The notes under the pieces were generated by a model. That model was not told where the DNA came from, did no database searches, and saw only the letters and a program-made list of their open reading frames with translations. Of a stretch of DNA of 45,933 nucleotides, positions 11,355-22,861 are shown piece by piece (the stretch's first letter is position 1; each line of letters starts with the position of its first letter). Made by a program: the position numbers and the translations under genes. The stretch spans positions 109-46,041 of the forward strand of contig CAZDLE010000001.1 in assembly GCA_964506035.1 (NCBI GenBank), given 5' to 3'. The DNA comes from an uncultured Oscillospiraceae bacterium (lineage in GTDB: Bacteria; Bacillota; Clostridia; Christensenellales; CAG-314).

Positions 11355-13850
11355 ATGGCAAAAAAAGATGTCCACGTAAATATTGACTATATCGAGGCGT
11401 TAGCCAACACAAAAGTTAAACCCATCAAAATGGAAGACGAAATGAAAAAGTCTTTCATTGCCTATGCAATGGCAGTTAACGTATCGCGTGCTATTCCCGA
11501 TGTGCGCGACGGTCTAAAACCCGTTCACCGTCGTATTTTGTACGCAATGGGCGAACTAAACCTTTACAACGACAAACCCTACCGCAAATGCGCGCGTATC
11601 GTTGGTGACGTTTTGGGTAAGTACCACCCCCACGGTGATAGTGCCGTGTACGAAGCATTGGTACGTTTGGCGCAAGACTTTTCTATCCGTTGTCCGCTTG
11701 TAGACGGTCAAGGTAACTTTGGTAGTGTGGATGGCGACCCTGCTGCTGCTCAACGTTACACCGAAGCGCGTTTGTCTAAAATCGCAAGCGAAATGTTGCG
11801 CGAAATTGACAAAAACACGGTAGATTTTTACCCCAACTTCGATAACACTCTTATGCAACCTGCAGTGTTGCCCAGCCGTTTCCCCAACTTGTTGGTTAAC
11901 GGTGCCGACGGTATCGCCGTTGGTATGGCAACAAACATTCCGCCTCACAACCTTTCGGAAGTTATCGACGGTGCAATAGCCGTTATGGAAAACCCCGATA
12001 TCACCGTAGAAGAATTGATGAGGTATATTCCTGCTCCCGACTACCCCACGGGCGGTATCATGATGGGACGTGTTGGTGTGCGCAACGCCTACAAAACGGG
12101 TAAAGGTAGCATTTTGGTGCGTGCCAAAACGGAAATTGAAGAGCACAACGGACGTGAACGCATCATCGTTACCGAATTGCCGTATCAAGTTAACAAATCC
12201 AAACTTATCGCAAGCATTGCCGATATGGTCAAGGACAAGCGTATCGAAGGTATTTCTGATATTCGCGACGAATCGGACCGTCACGGTATGCGTATCGTGT
12301 TCGAATTAAAACGCGATGCCAATGCACAAGTGGTTTTGAACACGTTGTTCAAACACAGCCAAATGCAAGTTAGCGACGGTATCATTTTGCTGGCACTTGC
12401 CGACGGCGAGCCCAAAATTTTGTCGTTGAAAGAAATTTTGGTGTACTACAATGCTCACCAAAAGGAAGTTGTAACACGTCGCACCAAGTACGATTTGGAA
12501 AAAGCCGAAGACCGCTACCATATTATCGAAGGTTTGGTTGTCGCTTTGGACAATATCGACCGCGTTATCGCCATTATCAAGGGTAGTGAAGACAGACAAA
12601 GTGCACAACAATCGTTGATGGAAGAGTTTGGACTGTCCGAACGTCAAGCCAACGCCATTTTGGAAATGAAGTTGTCCCGTCTTACCCATTTGGAAGTGGA
12701 AACGCTACGCAACGAACTGCAGCAACTTGCCGAACTTATTGCCGATTTGAAAGATATTTTGGCAAATCCTGCCCGTATCGAGCAAATCGTCAAGACGGAA
12801 CTTGGCGAAATCAAAGAAAAGTACGGCACACCACGTCGTACGGAAATTTGCACCGACTACTCGGAAATCGACATCGGCGACCTTATCGAAAAGGAAGACG
12901 TTGTAATTTCTATGACGCACCTTGGCTACGTAAAACGTCTGCCCGTTGCGGAATATCGCACGCAAAAACGTGGTGGCAAGGGTGTTACGGCACACAAACC
13001 ACGCGAAGAAGACTTTGTTACCAATATGTTTATCACCAACACTCACGACGATTTGCTGTTCTTTACAAATCGTGGTAAGGTGTACTGCATCAAGGGTTAC
13101 GAAGTTCCCGAAGCGGAACGTACCGCCCGTGGCAGAGCAATCGTCAACCTGTTGCAACTGGATAACGGCGAAAAGGTCACCGCAGTTATTCCTCGCAAGG
13201 AAGATAGTCGCGGAAACCTTGTTATGGCAACGCGTAACGGTCTTATCAAAAAGACAAATCTCACCGAGTTCGAATCCATCCGCAAAACGGGCAAAATTGC
13301 TATTTCCTTGTTGGAAAGCGACGAACTTATCGGCGTAGATATGACAACGGGCTACGACGAAATTATCGTTGCCAGCCACGAAGGTAAATGTATCCGCTTT
13401 GCCGAAGAGGACGTTCGCACAATGGGACGCGAAGCGCAAGGCGTAAAATCTATGGATTTGGCAGATGGCGACTACGTTGTAGATATGGCAATCGTTCGCA
13501 ACGGTTTGGAAGCCGTTACCATTTCCGAAAAGGGCTACGGCAAGCGCAGTGATATGATTGACTACCGCTTGCAATCACGTGCAGGCAAAGGTATCAAAGC
13601 CGGCGTATTTACAGAAAAAACAGGCAAACTTGTCAGCTTAAAACTTATCGATCCGGAAAACGACCTTATGCTAATTGCCGATAACGGCATTGTAATTCGA
13701 ATCCGCGCCAAGGATATTTCCAAAATCGGCCGTGATACCATGGGCGTTAAGGTTATGAACATCAAACGTGGCGAAGAAACCAAAGTTGTTTGCGTTTCCG
13801 AAAGCCCCGCCGCAGAAGAAATCGACGACGAGACTGCCGACGGAGAATAA
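11355..13850 (+). CDS. gyrA: DNA gyrase subunit A
   Basis: [30 protein letters not shown] (catalytic Tyr) and GyrA box QKRGGKG. Confidence 0.97.
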   Translation: MAKKDVHVNIDYIEALANTKVKPIKMEDEMKKSFIAYAMAVNVSRAIPDVRDGLKPVHRRILYAMGELNLYNDKPYRKCARIVGDVLGKYHPHGDSAVYEALVRLAQDFSIRCPLVDGQGNFGSVDGDPAAAQRYTEARLSKIASEMLREIDKNTVDFYPNFDNTLMQPAVLPSRFPNLLVNGADGIAVGMATNIPPHNLSEVIDGAIAVMENPDITVEELMRYIPAPDYPTGGIMMGRVGVRNAYKTGKGSILVRAKTEIEEHNGRERIIVTELPYQVNKSKLIASIADMVKDKRIEGISDIRDESDRHGMRIVFELKRDANAQVVLNTLFKHSQMQVSDGIILLALADGEPKILSLKEILVYYNAHQKEVVTRRTKYDLEKAEDRYHIIEGLVVALDNIDRVIAIIKGSEDRQSAQQSLMEEFGLSERQANAILEMKLSRLTHLEVETLRNELQQLAELIADLKDILANPARIEQIVKTELGEIKEKYGTPRRTEICTDYSEIDIGDLIEKEDVVISMTHLGYVKRLPVAEYRTQKRGGKGVTAHKPREEDFVTNMFITNTHDDLLFFTNRGKVYCIKGYEVPEAERTARGRAIVNLLQLDNGEKVTAVIPRKEDSRGNLVMATRNGLIKKTNLTEFESIRKTGKIAISLLESDELIGVDMTTGYDEIIVASHEGKCIRFAEEDVRTMGREAQGVKSMDLADGDYVVDMAIVRNGLEAVTISEKGYGKRSDMIDYRLQSRAGKGIKAGVFTEKTGKLVSLKLIDPENDLMLIADNGIVIRIRAKDISKIGRDTMGVKVMNIKRGEETKVVCVSESPAAEEIDDETADGE

Positions 13851-13852
13851 TA

Positions 13853-15550
13853 ATGATTGACTACAAAAAACATATAGCTAACTTAATCAACGTTTCGTTG
13901 GACAAAACGGAACTTGCAAACCTTATCACACCAACTGCGGACGATAGTTTTGGCGACTACGCGTTTCCTTGCTTTAGATTAGCAAAGGAAATGCGTATGT
14001 CTCCCGTTATGATTGCACAAAAACTTGCAAGCGAAATTGTTTGCGACGACGTGGTAACAAAAGTGGAAGCGGTAAACGGATATTTGAACTTTTTTGTAAA
14101 CCGCAATGCTCTTGTTACCGAAGTGCTAAATCAAATCAATTTGCAAGGGGAAAACTACGGCAACAGTACGGAAGGTGCTAACAAAACAATTTGTATCGAC
14201 TATAGTTCGGTAAACATCTGCAAATCGTTCCACATCGGCCACCTTTCCACTACGGCAATAGGTAGTGCGTTGTACAAACTTTACAACGCTTTGGGCTACA
14301 ACGTTGTTGGTATCAACCACCTTGGCGACTACGGTACGCAATTTGGCAAAATGATTGTTGCTTTCAAACTTTGGGGCGATCGTGCCACTGCGGAAGAAAA
14401 AGGCGTTGCCGAGTTGCAAAGATTGTACGTAAAGTTCCACCAAGAAGAGGAAACTCACCCCGAGCTTACCGATATGGCACGCGAGTGGTTTGTAAAAATC
14501 GAAAAGGGCGACCAAGAAGCACAAGAATTGTTCCAGTTCTTCAAAAAAATCACCCTTGCCGACGTTATGGAAATCTACAAACGCCTAAACGTTAACTTTG
14601 ACAGTTGGAACGGCGAAAGTTTCTTCAATGACAAAATGGAACAACCTTTGCAAATGTTGCGCGACAAAGGATTGGTAACGGTAAACCAAGGCGCGCAAAT
14701 CGTGGACCTTTCCGCTTACGATATGCCACCTTGCTTGCTTGTTAAAAGTGACGGTAGCAGTTTGTACGCAACACGCGATATTGCTGCTGCAATTTGGCGC
14801 AAAAAGGAATACGATTTCGACAAGTGCTTGTACGTTGTTGCATATCAACAAAACTTGCACTTCAAGCAATTTTTCAAAGTGTTGGAACTTGCCGATTTGG
14901 ACTGGGCAAAGGACCTTGTTCACGTTGCTTACGGTATGGTTAGTTTGGAAGACGGCGCAATGTCCACACGCAAAGGCAACGTCGTGTTGCTAAAGGACGT
15001 TTTGGACAAATCAGTTGCCAAAGCTTTGGAAATCATCACCGCCAAAAATCCCGATTTGGACAATCGCGAAAAAGTTGCCGAACAAGTTGGCGTTGGCGCG
15101 GTGTTGTTCTCCGCTTTGGAAAACTCCAAAATCAAGGATATCACCTTCACTTTCGACCGCGTGCTAAACTTCGACGGCGAAACGGCACCTTATTTGCAAT
15201 ATACTTGCGCACGTTGTAACTCCATCGTTGCCAAAGCAGGATTGTCGCAAAATGCAAAAATCGCCATTGATAACCGCGCTTTCGACAACATCGAAACCTT
15301 GCGTTTGTGCAAATTGTTGCGTTCCTTCCCACAAGTTATCAAAGATGCAGCCTACAAGTACGAACCCAGTTTGCTTTCCGCATTGCTAATTGATATTGCA
15401 CAAGCGTTCAACCGTTTTTATATCGAACACCGCGTTATTTGCGACGATTTGTCCGTACAAAACGCGCGTCTGCAAGTAGTGCAAGCAACGGCAACCGTTC
15501 TCAAAAAGGGACTTGCCCTTCTTGGCATCGAAGCTCCGGAAAAAATGTAA
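13853..15550 (+). CDS. argS: Arginine--tRNA ligase
   Basis: FGDYAFPCF, HIGH motif (FHIGHL), NHLGDYGTQFG, MSTRKG, GETAPYLQY. ATG is 2 nt after the gyrA stop. Confidence 0.96.
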   Translation: MIDYKKHIANLINVSLDKTELANLITPTADDSFGDYAFPCFRLAKEMRMSPVMIAQKLASEIVCDDVVTKVEAVNGYLNFFVNRNALVTEVLNQINLQGENYGNSTEGANKTICIDYSSVNICKSFHIGHLSTTAIGSALYKLYNALGYNVVGINHLGDYGTQFGKMIVAFKLWGDRATAEEKGVAELQRLYVKFHQEEETHPELTDMAREWFVKIEKGDQEAQELFQFFKKITLADVMEIYKRLNVNFDSWNGESFFNDKMEQPLQMLRDKGLVTVNQGAQIVDLSAYDMPPCLLVKSDGSSLYATRDIAAAIWRKKEYDFDKCLYVVAYQQNLHFKQFFKVLELADLDWAKDLVHVAYGMVSLEDGAMSTRKGNVVLLKDVLDKSVAKALEIITAKNPDLDNREKVAEQVGVGAVLFSALENSKIKDITFTFDRVLNFDGETAPYLQYTCARCNSIVAKAGLSQNAKIAIDNRAFDNIETLRLCKLLRSFPQVIKDAAYKYEPSLLSALLIDIAQAFNRFYIEHRVICDDLSVQNARLQVVQATATVLKKGLALLGIEAPEKM

Positions 15551-15605
15551 GCCATCTTGTTTGCGTTTGGATGTAAACAAATTTCAACGTCAAAACAACT
15601 TTTTC

Positions 15606-15634
15606 AAAAACGTCTCGTCCGAGGCGTTTTTTTT
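15606..15634 (+). terminator. Intrinsic terminator after argS
   Basis: AAAAACGTCTCG-tc-CGAGGCGTTTTTTTT. Confidence 0.8.
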
Positions 15635-15785
15635 GCGCATAGCAATTTTTGATCACGTCGCAATTGAACGGCAAATGCAGGCGTTAGCGCGTTTTTCGTC
15701 ATCCGTTGCAACCGTTTTGTGGGCAAAAGGGCGTTTTGTTGCAATAAAATGTTATATAACGTACTTATTTTGTTGACTACTATTA

Positions 15786-15814
15786 TTGACAATCGGCTGT
15801 TTGAGTAGTAAAAT
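15786..15814 (+). promoter_or_regulatory. sigmaA-type promoter
   Basis: TTGACA-17 nt-TAAAAT. Confidence 0.7.
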
Positions 15815-15849
15815 ATGCCTAAATAACTATTTGATAGAGGTATTATCTA

Positions 15850-16944
15850 ATGAAAAGACTTTTCGGCGTGGTTTTGGCGGTTGTGTTGTGCTTTGCGACG
15901 CTGGGCTTTACCGCATGCGTGTCCAACGAAACGAACGAGTTGATTTGGTATGCGGAAGATATGCTAAAATTTTGCGATAAACAAACAATGACGTTCCCTT
16001 TTCCCGAAGAAGAAGGTTCTCGAAACGTAAAAATAATTACCGACGTGTACAACGTTGCAGTGCACAATATCGAAGACGATAAAGTAGTAATCAATTATAC
16101 CGATAATGAAAAAGTAGACGTTACAGAAAATTTCGACGAAACAACGGAAACGGTAACAATCACGCAACAATGCAAAGGCACGCTTTTGTCCGTTAACGTG
16201 TTCCTTGGCTTGGTCGTAGGTATTCCGCAAAATTGGACGGATTTCACTTTGGAATTGGACGTTGGCACATCTAATTTGTCTATCGAAAATTCCAAAGCAA
16301 AAACAATCAAAATTAACGGCGAGACAAGTAGCGTTAGAATTATCCCTTACGAACAGGCTAACGATTCGATATCTATCGAAACAAAAACAGGCAGTGTAGA
16401 GTTTAGCGGTGATACCAACAATTTGCAAGTAGAAGTAGGTGCCGGTTCCGTTGATGTAACAGGACAAATCAACAACTTGCTTGACGTTCAAACAAGCACA
16501 GGCACAATCAAACTACACGACACATCCGTAGATAACGTTAAACTTGCCACAAAAACAGGTTCAATCAACGTTGATACTTTTGCTATCGCAACAAAAATGG
16601 ATTTGTCTACCGAAACCGGTTCGATACAGCTAAACGGCAGTGCCCAAACAATTATCGCACAAACAAACACGGGTTCAATCAATGTGGACGCGCCTACCGT
16701 TACCGATTTGCAACTTACCACCAACACAGGTAGTATCAAATTTACAATCGATAACACCCACAAAATCTATGCAAAAAGCAATTCGGGATCTATTCGCGGT
16801 ACAATCAAAGGCGAAAAATCCTTGTATACAATCAAGGTTACTCAAAGCAGTGGTAGTTGCAATATTCACGACCAAGAAGGCACAAGCGACCGTCAACTAA
16901 CCGTTAATGCAAACAACGGTAGTATCAACGTGAAGTTCAAATAG
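15850..16944 (+). CDS. Lipoprotein with DUF4097-like (adhesin-type) beta-strand repeats
   Basis: Signal peptide with lipobox GFTAC and many ~18-22 aa repeats of the form TxTGSIxV. Confidence 0.8.
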   Translation: MKRLFGVVLAVVLCFATLGFTACVSNETNELIWYAEDMLKFCDKQTMTFPFPEEEGSRNVKIITDVYNVAVHNIEDDKVVINYTDNEKVDVTENFDETTETVTITQQCKGTLLSVNVFLGLVVGIPQNWTDFTLELDVGTSNLSIENSKAKTIKINGETSSVRIIPYEQANDSISIETKTGSVEFSGDTNNLQVEVGAGSVDVTGQINNLLDVQTSTGTIKLHDTSVDNVKLATKTGSINVDTFAIATKMDLSTETGSIQLNGSAQTIIAQTNTGSINVDAPTVTDLQLTTNTGSIKFTIDNTHKIYAKSNSGSIRGTIKGEKSLYTIKVTQSSGSCNIHDQEGTSDRQLTVNANNGSINVKFK

Positions 16945-17224
16945 TAGTTGTTTGATAATTTGCGACCAAATTAGATTATCACCCATTTTGCAAACGAACA
17001 ATGTGCGCCAAAAGTCTATTTTTGATTTGCCGTTTATCGAAGTTTATAATCGAATACGGCAAGGGGCATACCGCCAAATCAATCGTTTTGCAAATCAAAA
17101 AAACGAACAATACGTCAAAATGTGATTGCGTCAGCGTAAATTTGGACAAAATTGAATAGTACGCAACGTAAAGTTTGCACAAAATTAGTATCAATAAAAA
17201 TCAAATCACAAGGAGAAAAACAAA

Positions 17225-17779
17225 ATGCAAGTTCTCGACTATATCATCATTGGATGTGCCGTAGTGTCCTTCTTTATAGGTCTGGCAAAAGGCTTTTTGA
17301 CGCCTATTTTCAACTTGGCAGGCATATTTGTAGTGATGTATGCCGGCGGAGCGTTTTCGGCACAACTGTACGCTTTGTTGGATGGTGTTATCGCCGACGA
17401 AAGTACACGCACAATTGCCAGCGCAATCGCATCCATGTTGCTTGTTTGGTTAATTTATTTTTTGATCACTAGTTTGATCGTAAAACTTATCAAAAAAAGC
17501 AAAATCTTGGGTGGTGCAAACCGAATTATCGGCGGTGTTTTGGGCATTGCTATCGTGTACGTTATCGTTGCAGTGATCACGGCGTTTATGCATAGCGATA
17601 GCGAACTGTTTGCATCCCTTCGCGCAGACTACGGCGAAGCGTACAATCAAAGTTGGGTAGTGCAAAACTTGTTCAAATCCAACCCCATTGGCGAAGGTTT
17701 GGTAAATTCCGCCTTCCAAAAACTTATCGAAATGTTCGAAAACTCGATGGTTACACCGTCTGCCCGCTTGGCAATTTAG
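17225..17779 (+). CDS. CvpA (colicin V production) family membrane protein
   Basis: N-terminal LDYIII...GLAKGF and NRIIGGVLG motifs, four hydrophobic segments, RBS AAGGAG. Confidence 0.8.
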   Translation: MQVLDYIIIGCAVVSFFIGLAKGFLTPIFNLAGIFVVMYAGGAFSAQLYALLDGVIADESTRTIASAIASMLLVWLIYFLITSLIVKLIKKSKILGGANRIIGGVLGIAIVYVIVAVITAFMHSDSELFASLRADYGEAYNQSWVVQNLFKSNPIGEGLVNSAFQKLIEMFENSMVTPSARLAI

Positions 17780-17922
17780 TCAAATTGGATTTTTGCAACA
17801 ACTTGGTTCCAATGCGATTTTCGTAACAAAAAACAAAAATTTGCCAACCACGATTTGTAGAATCGTTGATTGCAAAATTATTACACCAATAACTAATTTA
17901 TCAACAACTTTTCCATTGTGAG

Positions 17923-17969
17923 GCGGTGACCGTTGTTTCCCAAAATATCAGCGGTCATCACTTTTTTTT
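17923..17969 (+). terminator. Possible terminator after the CvpA gene
   Basis: GGTGACCGTTG...CAGCGGTCATC stem followed by T8. Confidence 0.55.
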
Positions 17970-18098
17970 GGTTCTATGTCAAATGTTGGAGCAAAATTTC
18001 CTACACCCCAGCGTTTTGTATAGAACCACTTTTTTGTTGATAAATATACTATGTCACGAACGGTTATATATTAAAAAATCTAAACAAACAACCGTAAC

Positions 18099-18135
18099 AA
18101 AAAGGGAGGTATCACACCGATACTTCCCTTTTTTT
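18099..18135. terminator. Bidirectional intrinsic terminator
   Basis: AAAAAGGGAGGTATC-acacc-GATACTTCCCTTTTT. Confidence 0.8.
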
Positions 18136-18297
18136 ATGATTAAATTTGATGTTTTTTAATAGATATGCAAAACCTATTTGCACAATATATCGTCCGTTCG
18201 TCACGTCGATATGTTGTGCGCAGACTTTGATTTGTTTGTGAATTTCTATTTGTTGACGGGCGCTTTCTGTTTGCGCAGTGGATTTGCTCGTCTAACG

Positions 18298-18930
18298 TCA
18301 CTCATCCGCCTGTTGCATATTTTGTAAACCAAAAAGGCAACCACAGTAGTGCTGACGGTACAAATCGTACTTTTGCGAAAGTCGCACGCTTTCGTTGTAG
18401 CCGTTGTGCTTTTTGAAGTCACTGGGCAACCACAACGCGCCTTGTTGCAATTGCAAGCCAATTTGGTTTATCTGTTGACTATTTTTGTATGGCGAAACGG
18501 TAAGCGTCGTGCCAAAATAGTCAAAATTGTGACTGTTTGCATAGTCCAACGTGTCGCCCAGTCGCAAACGAAAACACTGTTCACAACGCAATCCTCCTTC
18601 CCTTTCCTTTTCGTAGCCTTTTGCCACGGCAAAAAATCTACCGTTATCAAAGGGTTGAACAACCAGTTTTAACGTGTATTTCGATGTAACTTCAAATTGA
18701 CCGTCGTTAACAACGTCCACCAATTTTTGTACTTCGTCCAGACGTTTTTGCCACTCGTCTTTGTTGGTGATATTGTCGTTAGAGTAGTACAAAGTGACGT
18801 CAAACTTGTCTAATACGCGCGTTAGACAGTAGGTTGCACAAGGAGCGCAACAAACGTGCAACAACAGTTTTGCTCCGTCACAAAGGGTATTTTTGATATT
18901 TTCAAATGCAACGTCGTAGTTGGTACTCAT
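18298..18930 (-). CDS. queH: Epoxyqueuosine reductase QueH (DUF208)
   Basis: LLLHVCCAPC, EGGLRCEQCFRLRL, TTLTVSPYK, LYRQHYCGC. Confidence 0.93.
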   Translation of the reverse strand: MSTNYDVAFENIKNTLCDGAKLLLHVCCAPCATYCLTRVLDKFDVTLYYSNDNITNKDEWQKRLDEVQKLVDVVNDGQFEVTSKYTLKLVVQPFDNGRFFAVAKGYEKEREGGLRCEQCFRLRLGDTLDYANSHNFDYFGTTLTVSPYKNSQQINQIGLQLQQGALWLPSDFKKHNGYNESVRLSQKYDLYRQHYCGCLFGLQNMQQADE

Positions 18931-19520
18931 TGTTTTTCGCGCACTCTAAGTGGCACGCCTACCTTCTCGGCAAGTTTTTTGCACGCTTCCACGTCGGCAT
19001 AACCGATACTGTCCACCACGGAAAACACAACGTTACCGCCCTTTTGCAAACACAGCGTTGCAAATTCCAGCAGTGCATCAAACGCCTTTTCGCCGTAGAT
19101 ACTTTTGCAGTGTGCTTGATATTTTTTTGCGTTGCACTCGTTTAGAGATATGTTTATCACGTCGCAACTGGTAACGATAACGTCGCTAACGTCCTGCTTG
19201 TGGATAAGATTAGCCTGTCCGTTGGTGTTGATGCGCGTTTTTTTGTCGATACAGTGCAAGTAGCTTGCAACTTCGTCCAAGGTGTCAAGGTTGTAGGTCG
19301 GCTCGCCAAATCCGCAAAAAACAATTTCGTCGTCGAAGTCGTCCAAGTTGTCGGGCAACTGGTCAAGCACGTCTTGTACGTCCGGCTCGGCGTCAATCCA
19401 AAGTTTTTGGTCTTCCATGCCGTCACGCCCCTGACGAATACAAAAATCGCAGTTGTTGGAGCAACGATTTGTCAAGTTGATGTATATTTTGTTTCCAATT
19501 GTGTAAACGTAGTTGTTCAT
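18927..19520 (-). CDS. TatD-associated radical SAM protein
   Basis: YINLTNRCSNNCDFCIR (CxxxCxxC), EIVFCGFGEPT, RINTNG. Lies downstream of tatD. Start placed at ATG 19520. Confidence 0.88.
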   Translation of the reverse strand: MNNYVYTIGNKIYINLTNRCSNNCDFCIRQGRDGMEDQKLWIDAEPDVQDVLDQLPDNLDDFDDEIVFCGFGEPTYNLDTLDEVASYLHCIDKKTRINTNGQANLIHKQDVSDVIVTSCDVINISLNECNAKKYQAHCKSIYGEKAFDALLEFATLCLQKGGNVVFSVVDSIGYADVEACKKLAEKVGVPLRVREKQ

Positions 19521-19855
19521 ATTGTTTATTTTGATTTTTTTGTGATTGATTTCAATCAAATTTGATATTGTTAATGCTAATTTTGTTCAATGCAATCGAC
19601 GGTTGCTTTGATTGCAACAAAAGGATTTTTTTACAGATTGATACCAAGCGTTTTTGTCAACTTGCCATTGCTTGTTTGCAATTTATCACCAAGCAAATTT
19701 GATATAGGCTGATATCAAATATTATTAAAAATCAGTCCGTTATTGATTTGTTTTAGTTGCGATTTTCCGCCAAGCATATTTGTCCAATGTCGCAAAAAAT
19801 GCCTAACGTATGCATGTTTTTGTGACAAATCACAACTAATCTGCAAGATTTACTG

Positions 19856-20650
19856 TCAACAAGATGAATTATTTTTTAGATACTGCTCAATTTTGGGGAA
19901 CATACGCAAGGTGTTTTGGAATACCTGCTCGTTTATTTGCTGTGGTGTTTTGCCTAACGTTTGTGCGATTTTGTCCACGATAAGCGGAATGTTGAAAGGT
20001 GTGTTGGTGGTGCCACGCAATGGTACCGGTGTCATATAGGGGGAGTCCGTCTCCGTCAAAATGCGATCGAAGGGTATTGCTTGCAACACTTCTTCCTTTT
20101 TGGCATTTTTAAAGGTGATTGCTCCGCCAAAGGCAAAGTAGTGTCCCAGTTTTACGCATTGCTTGGCAAACTCTGCCGATCCGCTGTAACAATGCCACAA
20201 AACGTTGTTGTTTAGGTAACGTTTTTGTGCCGTCAAAACATCTAGTGCATCGCCGTAGGCATCACGAATATGCAACGTCAACGGCAAATTTAGTTGGTCG
20301 GCAATTTCAATTTGCTGTGCAAACACATCACGCTGAGTTTTGCGGTCACTCAAATCGTAGTAGTAGTCCAAACCGATTTCTCCCACGGCAACAACCTTGG
20401 GATTTTTTGCATATTCAAACATCAAACGAATAAAAATGTCGTCAAACTCGTTTGCGGTGTGAGGATGCATGCCCACGGTTGCAAATATTTTGTCGTAGGT
20501 GGTGGCAAGATTGTAACTTGCAATCATCCCTTTCAAATCGGCACTGTTGTTGATAACAAAATCCACGTCGTGATTGTCAAAATCGGCAACGATGTTTTCC
20601 ACCTGTCCGCTAAAACGCTCGTCGTCAAGGTGCAAATGGCTGTCAATCAT
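19856..20650 (-). CDS. tatD: TatD-family hydrolase/DNase
   Basis: DSHLHL, GMHPH, AVGEIGLDY, HCYSG, ETDSPY. Confidence 0.93.
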   Translation of the reverse strand: MIDSHLHLDDERFSGQVENIVADFDNHDVDFVINNSADLKGMIASYNLATTYDKIFATVGMHPHTANEFDDIFIRLMFEYAKNPKVVAVGEIGLDYYYDLSDRKTQRDVFAQQIEIADQLNLPLTLHIRDAYGDALDVLTAQKRYLNNNVLWHCYSGSAEFAKQCVKLGHYFAFGGAITFKNAKKEEVLQAIPFDRILTETDSPYMTPVPLRGTTNTPFNIPLIVDKIAQTLGKTPQQINEQVFQNTLRMFPKIEQYLKNNSSC

Positions 20651-22581
20651 TATCTTACTTCCTTACCGCTTCCAATGTCCTTTTCCGGTGTGACAAACAC
20701 AACAGATTTGTCGTCGGCTGCGCACAAAATCATACCGTTGCTTTCCACTCCGCGGATTTTGGCAGGTTTCAAGTTCTTTACAAGCACAACCGTTTTGCCG
20801 ATTAGATATTCCGGAGTGTAGTATTGTGCAATTCCGCTAACAACTTGACGCACTTCGTCGCCTACTTGCAGTTTAAAGCACAACAATTTGTCACTTTTTG
20901 CAACCTTTTCGCAACTAAGCACCGTTGCAGTGCAAAGTTTGATTTTTGCAAAATCGGTAATATCTATAAGTTCTTCGGCGGGTTCCGTTTTGGTTTGTGC
21001 TTGCGCTTCGGCAACTTGTTTTGCGTGCAATTCGTCCAAATACTTCAATTCTTTTGCCACGTCGATACGGTCAAACAGGTTTGCACCTTTTGTAACGGCT
21101 GTGCCTGCAACAATTCCGCCAAAGGTTGCAATTCCGTCAAAGTTTTCGGGAATGTCCAAACCAAGTTTGCCAAAAATTGTTTTTGCCGTCCTTGGAATAA
21201 ACGGCAACAACATTGTTGCAGAAAAACGAATACATTCGCACAAAACGTACATCACCGTTGCCAAACGTTCCTTTTCGCCGTTTTTGTTCAACGCCCAAGG
21301 CATCGTTTCGTCAATGTACTTGTTTGCACGTTGAATAATCTTAAAGACGTTTGCAAGCGCATCTGGTGCAGAAAGGTTTTCGATATTTTCACGTACCTTT
21401 GCAAGAGTGCCTTGGCACAAAGTGATGATTTCCTTGTCCAAATCGGTGTAGCCGGTGGGCGCAGGAACGTTTCCGCCAAAGTATTGCGTTACCATTGCAG
21501 TCGTGCGACTAACCAAGTTGCCAAGGTCGTTTACAAGGTCGGTGTTGGTGCGTGTCAAAAGTGCCTCGTTGGTGTAGTTTCCGTCACTACCAAAGGGGAT
21601 TTCGCGCAACAAAAAGTATCTAATGGGGTCAACACCGTATCTTTCCGCAAGGAAAACGGGGTCTACAATGTTACCCTTAGATTTACTCATCTTGTCGTTG
21701 TCGAACAACAACCAGCCGTGTCCGTACACCTTTTTGGGCAATGGCAAATCCAGCGCCATAAGCAAAGCCGGCCAAATAATGGTGTGGAAACGTACAATTT
21801 CTTTGCCAACCATGTGCAAATCAGCAGGCCAGTACTTATCAAAATTGCTGTGATCTTCCTGCAGATAGCCAAGGGCTGTGATGTAGTTGGTTAGTGCATC
21901 CACCCAAACGTACGCAACGTGTTTTGTGTCGAAAGGCAGTTTTACGCCCCAGTCGAAAGTGGTACGCGAAATGCACAAGTCCTTTAGTCCCGGTTTGATA
22001 AAGTTGTTTATCATCTCGTTCATACGCGATTTGGGACTGATAAAATCGGGATGTTCTTCGTAGAATTTGATAAGTCTATCTTGATATTTAGAAAGGCGGA
22101 AAAAGTAACTTTCTTCCTTTTCCAGCTTAACTTCTCTGCCACAGTCGGGACATTTTCCGTCCACAAGTTGGCTTTCGGTAAAGAAAGATTCACAAGGTGT
22201 GCAGTACCAACCTTCGTAGCTGGATTTGTAAATATCGCCGTTGGCAAGCAACTTTTCGTACACTTTTTGCACTGTTTTTTCGTGATAGTCGTCAGTGGTG
22301 CGAATAAATTTGTCGTAGCTGATGTCCAACAACTTCCACAATTCAATTATTTGGTCGTACAATTCGTCCACAAATTGCTTGGGCGTAACACCCTTTGCTT
22401 GTGCCTTTTGTTGCACCTTTTGACCATGCTCGTCGGTGCCTGTAAGATAAAACACGTCGTAGCCGTCCATACGCTTAAAACGTGCAATGGCATCGCAAAT
22501 AATGGTGGTGTAGCAGTGTCCAATGTGGAACTTTCCGCTGGAGTAGTAAATAGGAGTGGTGATGTAGTAGGGTTTTTTCAT
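20650..22581 (-). CDS. metG: Methionine--tRNA ligase with C-terminal tRNA-binding domain
   Basis: YITTPIYY, HIGH, GTDEHG, KMSKS, C-terminal NLKPAKIRGVESNGM. Confidence 0.97.
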   Translation of the reverse strand: MKKPYYITTPIYYSSGKFHIGHCYTTIICDAIARFKRMDGYDVFYLTGTDEHGQKVQQKAQAKGVTPKQFVDELYDQIIELWKLLDISYDKFIRTTDDYHEKTVQKVYEKLLANGDIYKSSYEGWYCTPCESFFTESQLVDGKCPDCGREVKLEKEESYFFRLSKYQDRLIKFYEEHPDFISPKSRMNEMINNFIKPGLKDLCISRTTFDWGVKLPFDTKHVAYVWVDALTNYITALGYLQEDHSNFDKYWPADLHMVGKEIVRFHTIIWPALLMALDLPLPKKVYGHGWLLFDNDKMSKSKGNIVDPVFLAERYGVDPIRYFLLREIPFGSDGNYTNEALLTRTNTDLVNDLGNLVSRTTAMVTQYFGGNVPAPTGYTDLDKEIITLCQGTLAKVRENIENLSAPDALANVFKIIQRANKYIDETMPWALNKNGEKERLATVMYVLCECIRFSATMLLPFIPRTAKTIFGKLGLDIPENFDGIATFGGIVAGTAVTKGANLFDRIDVAKELKYLDELHAKQVAEAQAQTKTEPAEELIDITDFAKIKLCTATVLSCEKVAKSDKLLCFKLQVGDEVRQVVSGIAQYYTPEYLIGKTVVLVKNLKPAKIRGVESNGMILCAADDKSVVFVTPEKDIGSGKEVR

Positions 22582-22800
22582 TTTTACCTCACGTTTCGAA
22601 AAAGACGAATGAGCCTTTTTGTGTATTTTTTGATTTGCAATATGGTTTATACCAACAAAAATTCTTATGTTGGTTAGACGTTGCCTATCAAGACGCTATC
22701 TAACACGTAACACTTCGGTTTGTTTGGAAACGTTTACGTTGTTGAACAGTCTTTTTGCGTACAAACCAACGTTTTTCTGCAAAAATCAAACGTATTATAT

Positions 22801-22829
22801 ATTATATCAACTAAAAGCAATTTTGTAAA
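22801..22829 (-). promoter_or_regulatory. sigmaA-type promoter of the metG operon
   Basis: Minus strand TTTACA-17 nt-TATAAT with extended TG. Confidence 0.65.
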
Positions 22830-22861
22830 CTATAACGACCGTCCTAAAAGTAATTTGCAAG

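Noticed and set aside
19521-19855. preQ1 riboswitch ahead of the rSAM-queH pair
   Set aside because: No recognisable preQ1 stem-loop with an A-rich tail.
20824-21894. Long antisense ORFs (356 aa opposite metG, and others opposite gyrA, gyrB and the glycerol operon)
   Set aside because: Shadow frames of real genes with biased codon use; no RBS or protein motifs.
22582-22800. T-box or S-box leader for metG (likewise argS and proS)
   Set aside because: No GGTGGNACC T-box motif or SAM-riboswitch core was recognisable. The proS leader is too short and argS is coupled to gyrA.
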